Shown here: positions 52,816 to 64,000 of the stretch, piece after piece
Layout: every line of letters begins with the position of its first letter
How positions within the stretch are numbered: position 1 is the first letter of the stretch
Origin: Rhina ancylostomus
Lineage: Eukaryota
Assembly: GCA_030265395.1 (NCBI GenBank)
Contig: JARFYF010000062.1
Span: forward strand, 13,074,002 to 13,138,001
Reading direction: 5' to 3'
DNA length: 64,000 nt
Program-made: the position numbers and the translations under genes
Notes under the pieces: generated by a model
Told to the model about the DNA's origin: nothing
Databases searched by the model: none
Seen by the model: the letters and a program-made list of their open reading frames with translations, nothing else

Positions 52816-52919
52816 GATACACTTGGGGCAACAAGTGAAACATTTATATTACACCAAGCAATGGAATAGCGTGGGATGTCAAAAAATTCTGCAATCATCA
52901 CCTTCATCTTTTGTTCCCT
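52816..52919 (+). CDS. NFU1: Probable NFU1 coding exon 2 (IHLGQQVKHLYYTKQWNSVGCQKILQSSPSSFVP)
   Basis: T-rich tract, ttcag| acceptor and T|gtaagc donor; 104 nt, phase 2-1, open and in frame with exon 1, no D/E residues. Size and phase match my recollection of human NFU1 exon 2. The conserved MFIQTQDTPNP exon was not found in the window. Confidence 0.6.
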
Positions 52920-53639
52920 GTAAGCTATTTAAACACTAGAGATGGTCTTGTAAATTAGAACTTGTATTCCTTGACAAGTAATTGAGGACTGGAATGATCA
53001 ATCTGGGGATGTGAACCAAATTAGGATTTGGTTAATTAATTAGAATTTGGTTAATTAGTGACCGTGAATTTAAAAACATTGTCAGTGATGCTGACCAAAA
53101 ACTACTGGATTGTCAGAGAAACCCATCTGGGAGGAAATCAGTTGGCCTTGCTTAGTTGGTTATATGGCCAAGGTGCAGGTCAGGTGGGCCACTGGGTTGA
53201 AAGATCCCTATGAGAAATCTACTATCCTGAAGCACTTTGCAGTAGCTGTAATGAGTGTTTGTAAATTTGGTTTATTTTTGTCACGTATACTGAGGTACAG
53301 TGGAAAAACTTTGTTTTGCATGCCATCCATATAGATCATTTCATCACATTAGTGCATTGAGGTAGTACAAGAGAAAGCAATAACAGATTGGAGACACAGG
53401 AGATCACAGGGAGTGGGCGGGCTTTACATGGACAACACCGGAGGTCACAGTTGAACCTGGGTCACTGGTGCAGTGATCTCTACCAGCTACACGACTGTGC
53501 AGCCCCCATTTTATCACAGTGGCAGCCCACAGTTTACCACAATTTAAAAAAAACATCAATATCCAAAACTCCTTGGCAACTCTGCATAGGTTGTAGCATT
53601 CAGATCCTACTTAAATTAAATATTTTAGATAAAAATGAT

Positions 53640-53770
53640 AGAGAAATAAATGGTAGAAAAATGGAGGGGTGGGGATATGTGGGAGGGAAGGGTTAGATAG
53701 AGCAGGATAAAATGTCAGCACGTCATTGTGGGCCAAAGGGCCTGTACTGTGCTGTAATGTTCTATGTTAA
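53640..53770 (+). mobile_element. CR1 3' tail fragment
   Basis: GTGGGCCAAAGGGCCTGTACTGTGCTGTAATGTTCTATGTT terminal motif. Confidence 0.7.
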
Positions 53771-53997
53771 TCTCAATTTCTACAATGTCTTTTGAGCTAT
53801 GCCTGAGAAATATTAATTGCCTGAGCAAAGTATATGTTAGCATGCTTTTGATAATTTGTTAGATGACAGGTGAATATCATTAAGAACAAAATCAAACGTG
53901 GCTGTGATGGCCTGTACAGTCAGGTAAGCTGTACATGATTCACTTGGTTGAAAAGTCGGAGAATGACTATGGGACATTTCTGAACCCTTCCAGAAGA

Positions 53998-54832
53998 GAA
54001 ATCAGATTTATTACCATTGGCATGTGACATTTTTGTTATTTTGCGGCAGCAGTACACTGCAGACATAAATCTATAAATTACAGAAATAACTAGTGCAAAA
54101 CAAAGGAATAATAAGGTAGCATTCATGGATCGCTCAGAAATCTGAAGGGGAAGAAGCGATTCCTGAATCATTGAGTGTGGGTCTTCAGTCTCCTGTACCA
54201 CCTCCCTGGTGGTAGTAACATGAAGAGGGCATGTCCTGGATGGTGAGGATCCTTAATCATGGATGTTGCTGCCTTGACGCACTGCCTCTTGAAGATGTCC
54301 TCTATGGTGGGGAGGGTTGTGCCTGTGATGGAGCTGGCTGAGTCTAGAACCCTCTGCAGCCTCTTGCAATCCTGTGCATTGTAGCCTCCATACCAGGCTG
54401 TGATGCAACCAGTCAGAATGCTCTCCACTGTACATCTATAGAAATTTATAAGTGTTTGGTGACATACCAAATCTCCTCAACCTCCTGAGAAGTAGAGCCA
54501 CTAGTGTGCTGCTGCGTTGATTACATCGATGTGTTGGGCCCAGGATAGATTCTGAGATGTTGACTGTTGACGCCCAGGAACTTGAAGCTGCTCACTCCTT
54601 CCACTGCTCACCTCTTAATGAGGACTAGTATGTGTTTTCCCAACTTCCCCTTAAGTCCACAATCAATTCCTTGGTCTTGCTGACATTGAGTGTGAGGTGG
54701 TTGTTGTGACACCACTCAGCCAGTCAATCTGTCTCAGTCCTGTATGCCTCCTTGTCACCATCTGAGATTCTGCTAATGGCAGTGGTGTCATTGGTGAATT
54801 TGTAGATGGTGTTTGAGCTGTGCCTAGCCACA
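53998..54832 (-). mobile_element. Rex1/Babar-like LINE 3' portion
   Basis: Peptide LINFYRCTVESILTGCITAWYG...DCKRLQRV...IKDPHHPGHALF.LLP.GR.YR. Confidence 0.9.
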
Positions 54833-55796
54833 TTGTAACTGTAATTTTAACTAGCTACATTTTGTAACTGTACTGGACCAGCTTAGTTGGAGGCATAACT
54901 AGTCATAGAACATGTGCCTTCAGTACTACAGCTGGGATATTGTTTGGTCTTTTCTGTTTCCATTGTTTTTACCCATTCTTGATATCACGTGAAATAAATA
55001 GACTAGCTCCTGTGATGGTGGGGATAAAGTCACCCACTCATCACCTTTGGATGAATACGGTTATGAATGCTTTGGACTGATATTTAGTATTCAACATTTC
55101 AGTGGGATTTATAACCAGAAAGATTGGTTCTACATGGAGGCTTATTGATGAGATTAGAGACACCGTCAAGAAAAGCTGCTTCAGGTAAGTGCAAATCCAG
55201 CATGTCCAGGAGTGATGAGGATGGTCCACCCAGGGGATTCAGGATCAATAGATGTGTGTTTTTTTTTCCTCAGACAACATGATTATCTAATAAAAATATA
55301 AGAACTGGAACAGGAGTAAGTATCTAGTTCCTCAACCTTGCTCCACTGTCTGATAAGAACATGTTGATCCTAGACCTCAGACCAAATATGCACTCAGAAT
55401 ATTTCTTGAATCTTTCTGAATCCAAAGACATACCAAGCTCAGACTCGGTTTGCTTTAACAAGATCACCATTATGAGATTTCCCTTTGCAAATATATCCTT
55501 TACAAAAATAAGATTACCATGTCACTATTTTCTCACAACATTAAATAAAGTGCTTATAAAGGTTGAGCACCATGCAGTTTAGAGGCCAAGCACAGTTACA
55601 CTGCTTCACTGTAATAAATAGTATTTTTGTTCATCTGATTCATTCAAGAATAGTACTGGAATTGGTCAGTGGTCAGACAACTTCTGGGGAGAGAGAAATG
55701 TTTCAGGTTGATGACTTCAGAAGTAGGAAATGTTATAAATGAAGGATTGTATTAAGTCACAGAGAAAGGAGGAGGGCAGAGAAATCTAAAGGAAAG

Positions 55797-55882
55797 ATCT
55801 GTGATAGGTTGGATATCAGGGCAGTGAAGTGGCAGAAATATCTCTGATAAGTTGGATACTAGGAGAGTGAAGTGGTACTGAA
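55797..55882. repeat. Two imperfect tandem copies of a 43-bp unit
   Basis: ATCTGTGATAGGTTGGATATCAGGGCAGTGAAGTGG... followed by ATCTCTGATAAGTTGGATACTAGGAGAGTGAAGTGG... Confidence 0.65.
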
Positions 55883-58221
55883 CCGAAAGAAGATCATAAA
55901 AGCTGATGAATAAGAAAAGGTATCCCTGGATGAAGTATAAATAGAAAGATACAAATGAAATCCAAGAAAGGGAAAAAGAAATTTATGGTAGAAATGTTAG
56001 GTACATGTCTGGACAGCTGATCACTTGCAATTGTTGAATTCCATGTTGGTTTGAGAATGCTGCAATATGTCAAGTCAGAAGATGAGGTGCTTCTGCTCAT
56101 GCTTAATTTGAGCATTGCCGGAGTCATATGGGAGGCCAGAGAATAAGAATCAGTGTGTGAGCGAGATGGAGAAGTAGCATGCTAGGCAAATTGATGTTGA
56201 GGGGTGGCCCTGATCTTCTAGTTGACTATGACTGTGTTTCTCCTCTCCACTATTTTTGTATTGTTCTGCCATAGTAGATTGCAAGGTGCAAAAATTATCT
56301 GCTTTCAGTTCATTTATAAAATTCCTGCATTAAAACTGTGCAGGCAAAGAAAGGGCACAGCTCGATATGAGAACAAGTACACAGTGAAGCAGTGGATGGC
56401 AGGATATATTATGGTGGATATGTAACTCAGCATTACACTGTATGTAAATCTAATTTATTCCCCCCAAACATCCATTATTTTTGTTTTATAAAAACAAATT
56501 ACTTTACACCATGGTTTCCAAATTACTTTATCCTGTGGTTTCCCTAGTGGAACAATTTTGTTATTGTATCACAATGGGTTGACACACAGGTAGAATCACT
56601 ATCAGTAATGAAGAGCAATGGCCGTGTGATGTCAGGGAGGATACAATGGATGTTTATTGTCAAAAGTGCATAGTTATAAGGTAGCAATTGACATATTCTG
56701 ATGCAATCGAGAAATAATATTTTGTTTAGAAAATATAAGGGCATAAAATAATTTACATATGGAGTTTTGTAAGCATATATGTCTGCACGCACACACGCAA
56801 CCAGATACGTTATGAGAAGAAATGAGTTTTATCAATTCATACTACAACCACAGATGGTGATTGAAACAGTTTGATGTTTTATTCTTTGTACAATTGGCTC
56901 TTTGACAGTAAATGAATAGGAAAGTTATGGAATAGATGAAAGAGAAATGTGAAGGTATTGTTTCTCCTCGAAATAAGCTTTCTTTAAGGATTATGAATAT
57001 GGAAATATTTGTGGCAAATGATCACATCATTTAAGAGGCTATTTAAAGCTAATTTTATCTCAATCATTATCTGAATAATAAAACAGTAAATTAAAACTAT
57101 ATTGAGAAATAAGCCCTTAGCATCCACGCCCTACAGCAGGCAGGCACTACATGTGTCTGTAGTTTTTCGGCAGGCAGAAATCAAGACCATCTGTAGGTCT
57201 TTGTTGTACATGCTGTGCCTCTCGCCTCTCTGTTGTTACAAGGCTACTCGCTTGCTTGAAGTGATGAATTTTCCAACGAGAAACAGAATTTATGTTTCAG
57301 CTGAAGTGAAAAAGTACTGCTGAACATCTTTGCTAGATCAGAAAATGTTTCTAAGTGCAGAAAATAATTCAGTCTTTATGGTATCTTATATTGACTGTTA
57401 TATTTGTTCTCATGTTTGAATTAATTAGGAATGAAGGCTTGAAGGCTGATGTATTATTTTTCCTTTATTTTATTCACTTTCTCTTGGCATTTATAATTCT
57501 TTAATTTTGTATGGGGATTCTCATTTGAAAATGTAATGTGGTTACTGTGTGATGAGGACAGCCTATCTACTTATACGTGAGATGTTCTCAGCACTGATGA
57601 GAATGGGGATAGAGTTATCAGCTTGAGGTAGAATGTATTCAAATTGTAGTATATAAATGAAACCCATTAGGATTGTGGCACTGTATATGACTGTGTATCT
57701 TAATTAGTGACAGCAATTGATATTATCAGACCACTGCAGACTGCTAAAAATACTCATTAACACAACTAATTTATGTTGAACACACATAACTTGCCAATCT
57801 GATTTTTACTGTATGCTTCCAATTGCTATGTTTATTAAATAATGTGGCTCAAACAATTAGTCTTGTCCATAAATGGAGCCAAAGAGAAGCAATAATGTTT
57901 AACTAATCTGTGCAACATGCCCGAGTCATGTTTTAGCTCCTCAGTACTCAAACTGTGGATTTAAAAAAAACTTTGAAAAAACAACTGGAACTGTGTTCCT
58001 ACTGAAAGTGAGGTGTTATTCTTTCATCCAGTCAGGTCTGAAAGACAGTGTCATGACCATATGTAAAAGAGACATACTTGCCTAGAAACTGGGGTTTATT
58101 CACATGTGGTGCTAAGCTACCCCCGTTGCCTAAATGTGATCCTGTGAATCATTGAAAAAGTGGGAAAATTTACCTATCAATATTGTTAGGCTGTATTCAC
58201 CTGGATTGCTGAATTCAAATG

Positions 58222-58297
58222 TGTCATGGTTCTGAGTTCTGGCCCTCAATTTGGCTCCTTTGATGCCTTGTTGTCCAGCACATGGATTCCATGCTGG
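58222..58297 (+). mobile_element. Second copy (5' end) of the solo-LTR-like element, truncated by a gap
   Basis: Near-identical to the reverse complement of 49839-49908; begins TGTCATGG. Confidence 0.75.
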
Positions 58298-58397
58298 NNN
58301 NNNNNNNNNNNNNNNNNNNNNNNNNNNNNNNNNNNNNNNNNNNNNNNNNNNNNNNNNNNNNNNNNNNNNNNNNNNNNNNNNNNNNNNNNNNNNNNNN

Positions 58398-58770
58398 CTA
58401 TCCCTTAACTTCACAAGAAGTTTTCCCTCATTTCTGTGGCCCCCCCCACTCCTTTTCTTTCCCCTCCCTCGCCCTCATGACCTGCCCATCACCTCCTTCT
58501 CATTCCCCACCTCCTTCCCTTTATTCCATGGTTTATTGTCCTACTGGATTCCTCCTTCTTCAGCCCTTTGCCTCTTCCACCTATCACTTCTCAGCTTGTA
58601 TCATTCCCTTTCATTCCAACCCACCACCCCAACCCACCTACCTACCTTCCCCTTCTCACCTGTCACCTACCAGCTTGTGTTCCTCCTCCTCCCCCTACCT
58701 TTTTCTTTTGGCTTCTTCCCTCTGTCTTTCCAGTCCCAATGAAGGGCCCCAACCCGAAACGTTGACTGTT
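58398..58770 (+). mobile_element. Pyrimidine-rich repeat, probably Penelope-like element terminal region
   Basis: C/T-rich tract ending in CAGTCCCAATGAAGGGCCCCAACCCGAAACGTTGACT, a motif shared with the other palindromic repeats. Confidence 0.55.
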
Positions 58771-58849
58771 GGGTTAGGGAGCGGGAAGAATTTAATGAGT
58801 ATTCTGTTTATTGATTACTCTTTACTAAGTTCCTAGAAGGAGGGAGCTT

Positions 58850-59605
58850 CTCTATGAAAGGAGATGAGATTGGTCTGAATTCACTGGGGTTCAGAAGAAT
58901 GCTGCTGTGTCAAAGGATCTCGGTGTCCTTGTGCATAAAACACCAAGTTTGCGCACAGATACAGCAAATGGAATGTTGGACTTTATTGCAAAGGGAATGG
59001 GGTGTGCAAGTAGAGAAGTCTTGCTAGAACAGGACAGGGCATCAGTGAACCATATCTGGAGTACTGCAAAACTCTTGGCCATCTTGTCGGAGTGATAGGC
59101 TTACATCGGAGAAAGTTCAGAGAAGGTTCACCAGGTTGATTCTTGGAATGAAAGCATTGCCTGGGAAGGAAAGACTGGACTTGTACTTGAAGGAGTTTAG
59201 AAGAATCAGAGTATCTATCCTTCGAAGTGCCCTCAAAATCAATTATTGAAACATAATTGATTCTGAGGGCACTTTGAAGGATAGATACTGGGCAACTGTT
59301 TCCCTTTATCAGAGAATCCAGCACTCAGGGAGTGGTTTCAGAATAACAGGCTATCCAATTAAGATGGAGATGAGGAGAAATTTCATCCAAGGGGGCTGTA
59401 AATCTGGAGGCTGAATTGCTGAATGTACTCAAGACTGAAGTGGACAGGTGTGTGGGGTGGTTGGGTAGAGGGGTATCAGGAATGGGGTATCAGGTATCAG
59501 GAATGGGCAGGAAAGTGGAGTGGAGGCCAAGATCAGATCAGTCATGAACTCCTTGAATGGCAGCACAGACTCAGGGTGCCATGTGGCCTGAAACTGTCTA
59601 TTTCT
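58850..59605 (+). mobile_element. Decayed CR1 LINE 3' portion
   Basis: Peptide KDLGVLVH...ANGMLDFIAKG....SREVLL and a CR1-like 3'UTR. Confidence 0.8.
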
Positions 59606-61664
59606 CTCTACATCATGTTGGAAGTTGCACTTGTGACTTCAGGCAAAGGCTAGAGTGAGGTTACCTGTGGCCACTTCTGCTGCAGCACAAGTTATCTGGA
59701 TCCAGCACAAGGAACTGCAACATCTTCAAAGTCTTAAGATTTATTCCCTTTCTTAGAGCTCTAACTGACACAAGTTATTGACTGCAGTACAAGAGAGGAC
59801 GAATTCAAGTGGGGGGAGATAAAGATGGTGGAGAACGCCATGGAATTTTGCACCACAGAAACAGGCCGTTCAGGCTAAGTGACTTTGCTCCACACTCGCC
59901 TTCACCCCATTTCATCTTCCCGATCAGCACATCCTTCTTTTCCTTTTAATGTTGCGTATTTTAATTTAGCTGCACCTTAAACACATCTTTCTGTTGTCTC
60001 ATCAGCTCTCAATATTGTAGACGTTTCAGCTACTTAAAATTGACAGGGGTGAAGCAGGGTAGGGATAAGTAAAAGAAAGCGACTCGAGTCAGCACAAGGC
60101 ATTAGCCATTATTGTTAGCCACGGTTTGTCTTGGACTTGTGCCCCACCTGCCCCCCCCTTAGGATTTCCCTCCATAAAGATCATCTTTGGCTCTAGTTAT
60201 TTGATATCTTGTCACCATTCATTGTAAACTTTATTCTGTTTCCAGTTCCTTTATGAAAATTGAAATTTAACAAGGGAATTTAAAGAATAGAATTGGATTG
60301 TTGTTGTCACAAGTACCAAATTACTGTGAAAAGCTTTTTGCTGCATGCCATCCAGACAGACCAATCCAACAAGTTGTCATGTGATGAACGGCATTGATGT
60401 TCCACCTGGTGAGCTGGTCAGTGTGCAAAGATAAAGATTTATTGATAAAAGGCTCAGAGGTGAGATGGAGTGAAATCTTTCCATTGAGAGGTCAGGAACT
60501 GGAACAGTATACCTGAGAAGTAAAAGCTGAATCCATAATTAATTGCGGTAGGTAGTCAGTCAGGTGCGGAGGATGAGGAAGTCACAGGTTTACCAATAAA
60601 AAAACACAGCTATTCTGTCAAAGAGCCAGCAAGCGTGATGACAATGCAAATTTGTGATTCTGTGAGATACTTTAATTAAGTGTTGATGATATCTAAATGG
60701 CCCCACCTCCCATGGGTGTCCCAGTCTGGTTGAGAGAACTTAATTACTGTGCGCAGTTGATGCTGAGTCATCCTCCAGCTCCTGCATCTTTAACTGTTGA
60801 TCCAGTTCTGTTTCCATCAGGCTCTCCATCTCCCTTGAGCAGTCTCATCGACATTTTTGCATTAAAAGCAAATTGAATTGGAAATGTTAATTGTCATTTC
60901 AGAACAGTCTGAACCATACTTGGTGGCTGAAACTTCCTCTACAGATGTGACCTGTGATTAATCTCTCCAGGTCTGGCTGAAGCACAGCAGTTGGCGCCTG
61001 CCCAGAGTGTTGGCAGACCTGCAACTCCACTGGTACATTTTGCCTCCTCTGCTGCTAAGACAATGAAACCTGAGCAAATAATTAAACGCTGCTGAGACAA
61101 CAACAGGAGAGGTTGTATCCTCCTTTTATCAGGGTACTCATTACTATCATGTCCATTAGATGGATAGAAGCCTTGGTGTGACTGGGACAGCAATTCTTCA
61201 GCTACAGAGAAGGCTGTGGGGGAGGATCTCAGCAATGACTTTCTCTGGAGACGCCTCGAGTAAATCAATCAGATTTGTCTCTTTTCTTGAAGACATTAAC
61301 GTTTATGGCCTTTCTGTGATGTCCTGGCACATCCTCCATTTCCCAGATATGGCACTAAACGTGGGGAATATTTAACAGAGCTTCCTTTCTGCCACATTTT
61401 AGTGCTCGAGCAAGGATATAAGACAAGATAGATAAGATTTCTTTATTAGGCACAAGTACATCGAAAAACACAATGTTATATCAATTGTTCCCAAGGTCTA
61501 GTTGTTCAACCATTTCAATTTCTTGTCAGAGATGAGGTGGAGAGGATAGTTTGCTCTGGGTTGAAGTCAGTCCTACTTCTGTCAAAGGGTTCTTTCAAAC
61601 GTTCCCTCCAGCAGATCCTTGATAAGCTGTTTCATTCTTGGCTCTCAGCAGGCTAGGCCTTTGT

Positions 61665-61993
61665 GTCAACAAACTACAGGAGGAACTCGGTGGTTCCAGC
61701 AGCATCTATGGGGTAAAGGAATTGTTGATGTTTTGAGTTGAAATCCTGCATCAGGATTGNNNNNNNNNNNNNNNNNNNNNNNNNNNNNNNNNNNNNNNNN
61801 NNNNNNNNNNNNNNNNNNNNNNNNNNNNNNNNNNNNNNNNNNNNNNNNNNNNNNNNNNNCCTTTTTCCTCCTCTTTCTTCCAATCCTCCCCACCACCCAC
61901 ACACACACACCCACACACACCCCATAACCTGCTGAGTTCTTCCAGCAGATAGTTTGTTGCTCCAGATTCCAGCATCTGTAGTTTTTTGTGTCT
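61665..61993. mobile_element. Palindromic dispersed repeat spanning a gap
   Basis: Same family as the copies at 9294 and 24841, with inverted arms. Confidence 0.7.
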
Positions 61994-63304
61994 CTGGGCC
62001 TTTGTGTGTTGAGCTGCAAGAGGTATTGACACTACTGAAGAATCCGTATGTGTTATGGTTCTCAGCAAATTGCAGGGGCACCTATGATTTTTTTCCACCC
62101 ACCATCTGTTCTCGAGGTCCTGGGTTTTCCATCAGACATTGCTCTTCAGGTGCCCGTAGAACCATTTATTTTCCTTGGGGCCGTGATGGGATTTTCAGTG
62201 CAAGATCATCTAAGTTGTGCAGTTTATTACCTCCTGAAATCTCCTTGCCAAATCCATTCCAACATCCAGTAGAAATCCCATAAATCTCTTCACTGGTAGT
62301 GCACAGGCTGTGGAAACTCTGTGGCTGCATTTGGGTCAACAGGTTGTCTGTGATGTGCTGTCTGAGAGGAGCCCAACAGTCAACAATACCAGTTAGTGTG
62401 GGTGATGTGGACATCCTTGCAGTCTCTTAGCACCAAACAGGATAAGGTTTGAGTCTGGAGATTGGAGACATTGTTAACATATAAACATGTGTGGAGATAT
62501 GTAGGCACGTTTCAACACATGATCTCCTCACATTTCATGTTCCTATTGACCCTTTTTCACCCTCGATGCTTCCTGTCCCTAAATATCTCTTCCTACAGTA
62601 TTACTACTGCTGTGATGTTAAACTGGAAACCATGATCAGCAAACTGTTCACTGTTGCTGAGTTCACTGAAATCCAGGCATTTTTCTCCTTTAGCTTTCTT
62701 TGGTCCATTGCCCCCTTTGGTTTGTTCACAGTGTTTTTCAGAATTGTGTTTACATAGCACTGGTAAAATCTTAAGTTCCAAATTATAAAGTGGTGATAAT
62801 TTGAGATAAGGCCATGTACTGTACACCAAATCTCATTCATCAGCTCATAGACTGAAGAAAGTTTTCTATTGATCGAGTAACCTATTCATTTTAAGCTTTG
62901 TAAATCCTGTGTAATGAAGCCTTTGAGGGATTCATTGGAATAATATTGAGTCAGAATGGCAGATTCAGTCCAAGTTGGTGTTGATCCATGGAAAGATCAT
63001 TACAGTGGAGATTTGTGAGCTTGTAATTAGCTTGCTGCAGGAGCTGCCAATGGTGTTTATATGCATCCTTCTTTAATATCAGCATCTCATCGATCTCTGC
63101 CATAGTATAACCAGAATGCTTATCATTTGACTTTTAGACATTTTTATGACTCGGGCGGGAAGATTTCCTCAATGAATTATATAAGTCAGCTAAAGAAATA
63201 CTTGCCAAAGCTGAACAGTTGTACAGCCTTCCAAGAATAAGATAAAATCATTTGTGTTAAAGGCATCAGGCAAGAGAAGAAACTGCAACAAGTTTAACTG
63301 ATGG

Positions 63305-63990
63305 AGCATAGAACAGCACAGGAACAGCCCCTTCAGCCCACAATGTTGTGTAAAACTAATTAACCGCCTAACTAAACTAACCCCTTCTGCCTACACAATG
63401 TCCATATCTGCCATTCTCTGCACATTCATGTGCCTCTCTAAGAGCCTCTTAAACACCTCTATCATATCTGCCTCCACCACTACTCTTGCAGTGCACTCCA
63501 GGCATCCAATTCCTCTTCCATCAGGTAGAAGATACAGGAGCCTGAGGACACCTACCACCAGACTTAAGGACAGCTTCTACCCCACTGTGATAAGACTATT
63601 GAACGGTTCCCTTATCCAGTGATATGGACTATGACCTCACGATCTCCTTGTTGTGACCTTGCAACTTATTGAACAGCACTTTCTCTTTAGCTGTGACATT
63701 TTGCTCTGTACTGTTATTGTTTTTACCTGTACTTCATCAATGCACTCTGTATTAACTCAATNNNNNNNNNNNNNNNNNNNNNNNNNNNNNNNNNNNNNNN
63801 NNNNNNNNNNNNNNNNNNNNNNNNNNNNNNNNNNNNNNNNNNNNNNNNNNNNNNNNNNNNNAGGTGTCTGAGACCACAGGGCATAGGTTTAAGGTGAGGA
63901 GTAAGGGGTTTGGAGGGAATCTGAGGAAGAATTTTTTCACCCGGGGGTGGTTGAATTCTGGAATGCACTGCCTGAGAAGGTGGCAATGAT
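63305..63990. mobile_element. Cluster: CR1 3' end (-, ~63305-63510), Rex1-like 3' end (+, ~63510-63760), CR1 fragment (+, 63862-63990)
   Basis: PLPSGRRYRSLRTPTTRLKDSFYPTVIRLLN (Rex1-like) plus CR1 terminal motifs. Confidence 0.8.
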
Positions 63991-64000
63991 ATTAAAAAAA

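Noticed and set aside
1-64000. CRISPR arrays, operons or prokaryotic defence systems
   Set aside because: The sequence is intron-rich vertebrate DNA with no regularly spaced repeat-spacer structure and no dense ORF clusters.

Overview
Vertebrate genomic DNA from a draft assembly with many N-gaps. The repeat content (CR1 LINEs, Rex1/Babar-like LINEs, HE1-like tRNA SINEs, palindromic Penelope-associated repeats) points to a cartilaginous fish, probably a ray or relative; this is an inference. The + strand carries the 3' half of AAK1 (AP2-associated kinase 1). Ten canonical GT-AG coding exons from 2127 to the stop at 22809 splice in frame. They are followed by a probable very long 3'UTR and a second, distal, phase-compatible terminal exon (from 36884) encoding a BMP2K-C-terminus-like tail with three DVF-x-x-APF repeats. 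After a repeat-rich interval, a CpG-rich promoter (~51.2-52.0 kb) drives a second + strand gene whose first two exons encode a mitochondrial-presequence-like peptide, most likely NFU1. No prokaryote-type system (CRISPR, operon) is present and I found no clearly new multi-gene system. The best leads are the modular and alternative AAK1 C-termini, an unannotated 63-nt cassette exon candidate, a near-perfect 37-bp hairpin born inside a LINE, hammerhead-ribozyme-like relics in dispersed repeats, and a nested solo-LTR-like element. All homology calls are from recall and manual translation, not database searches.
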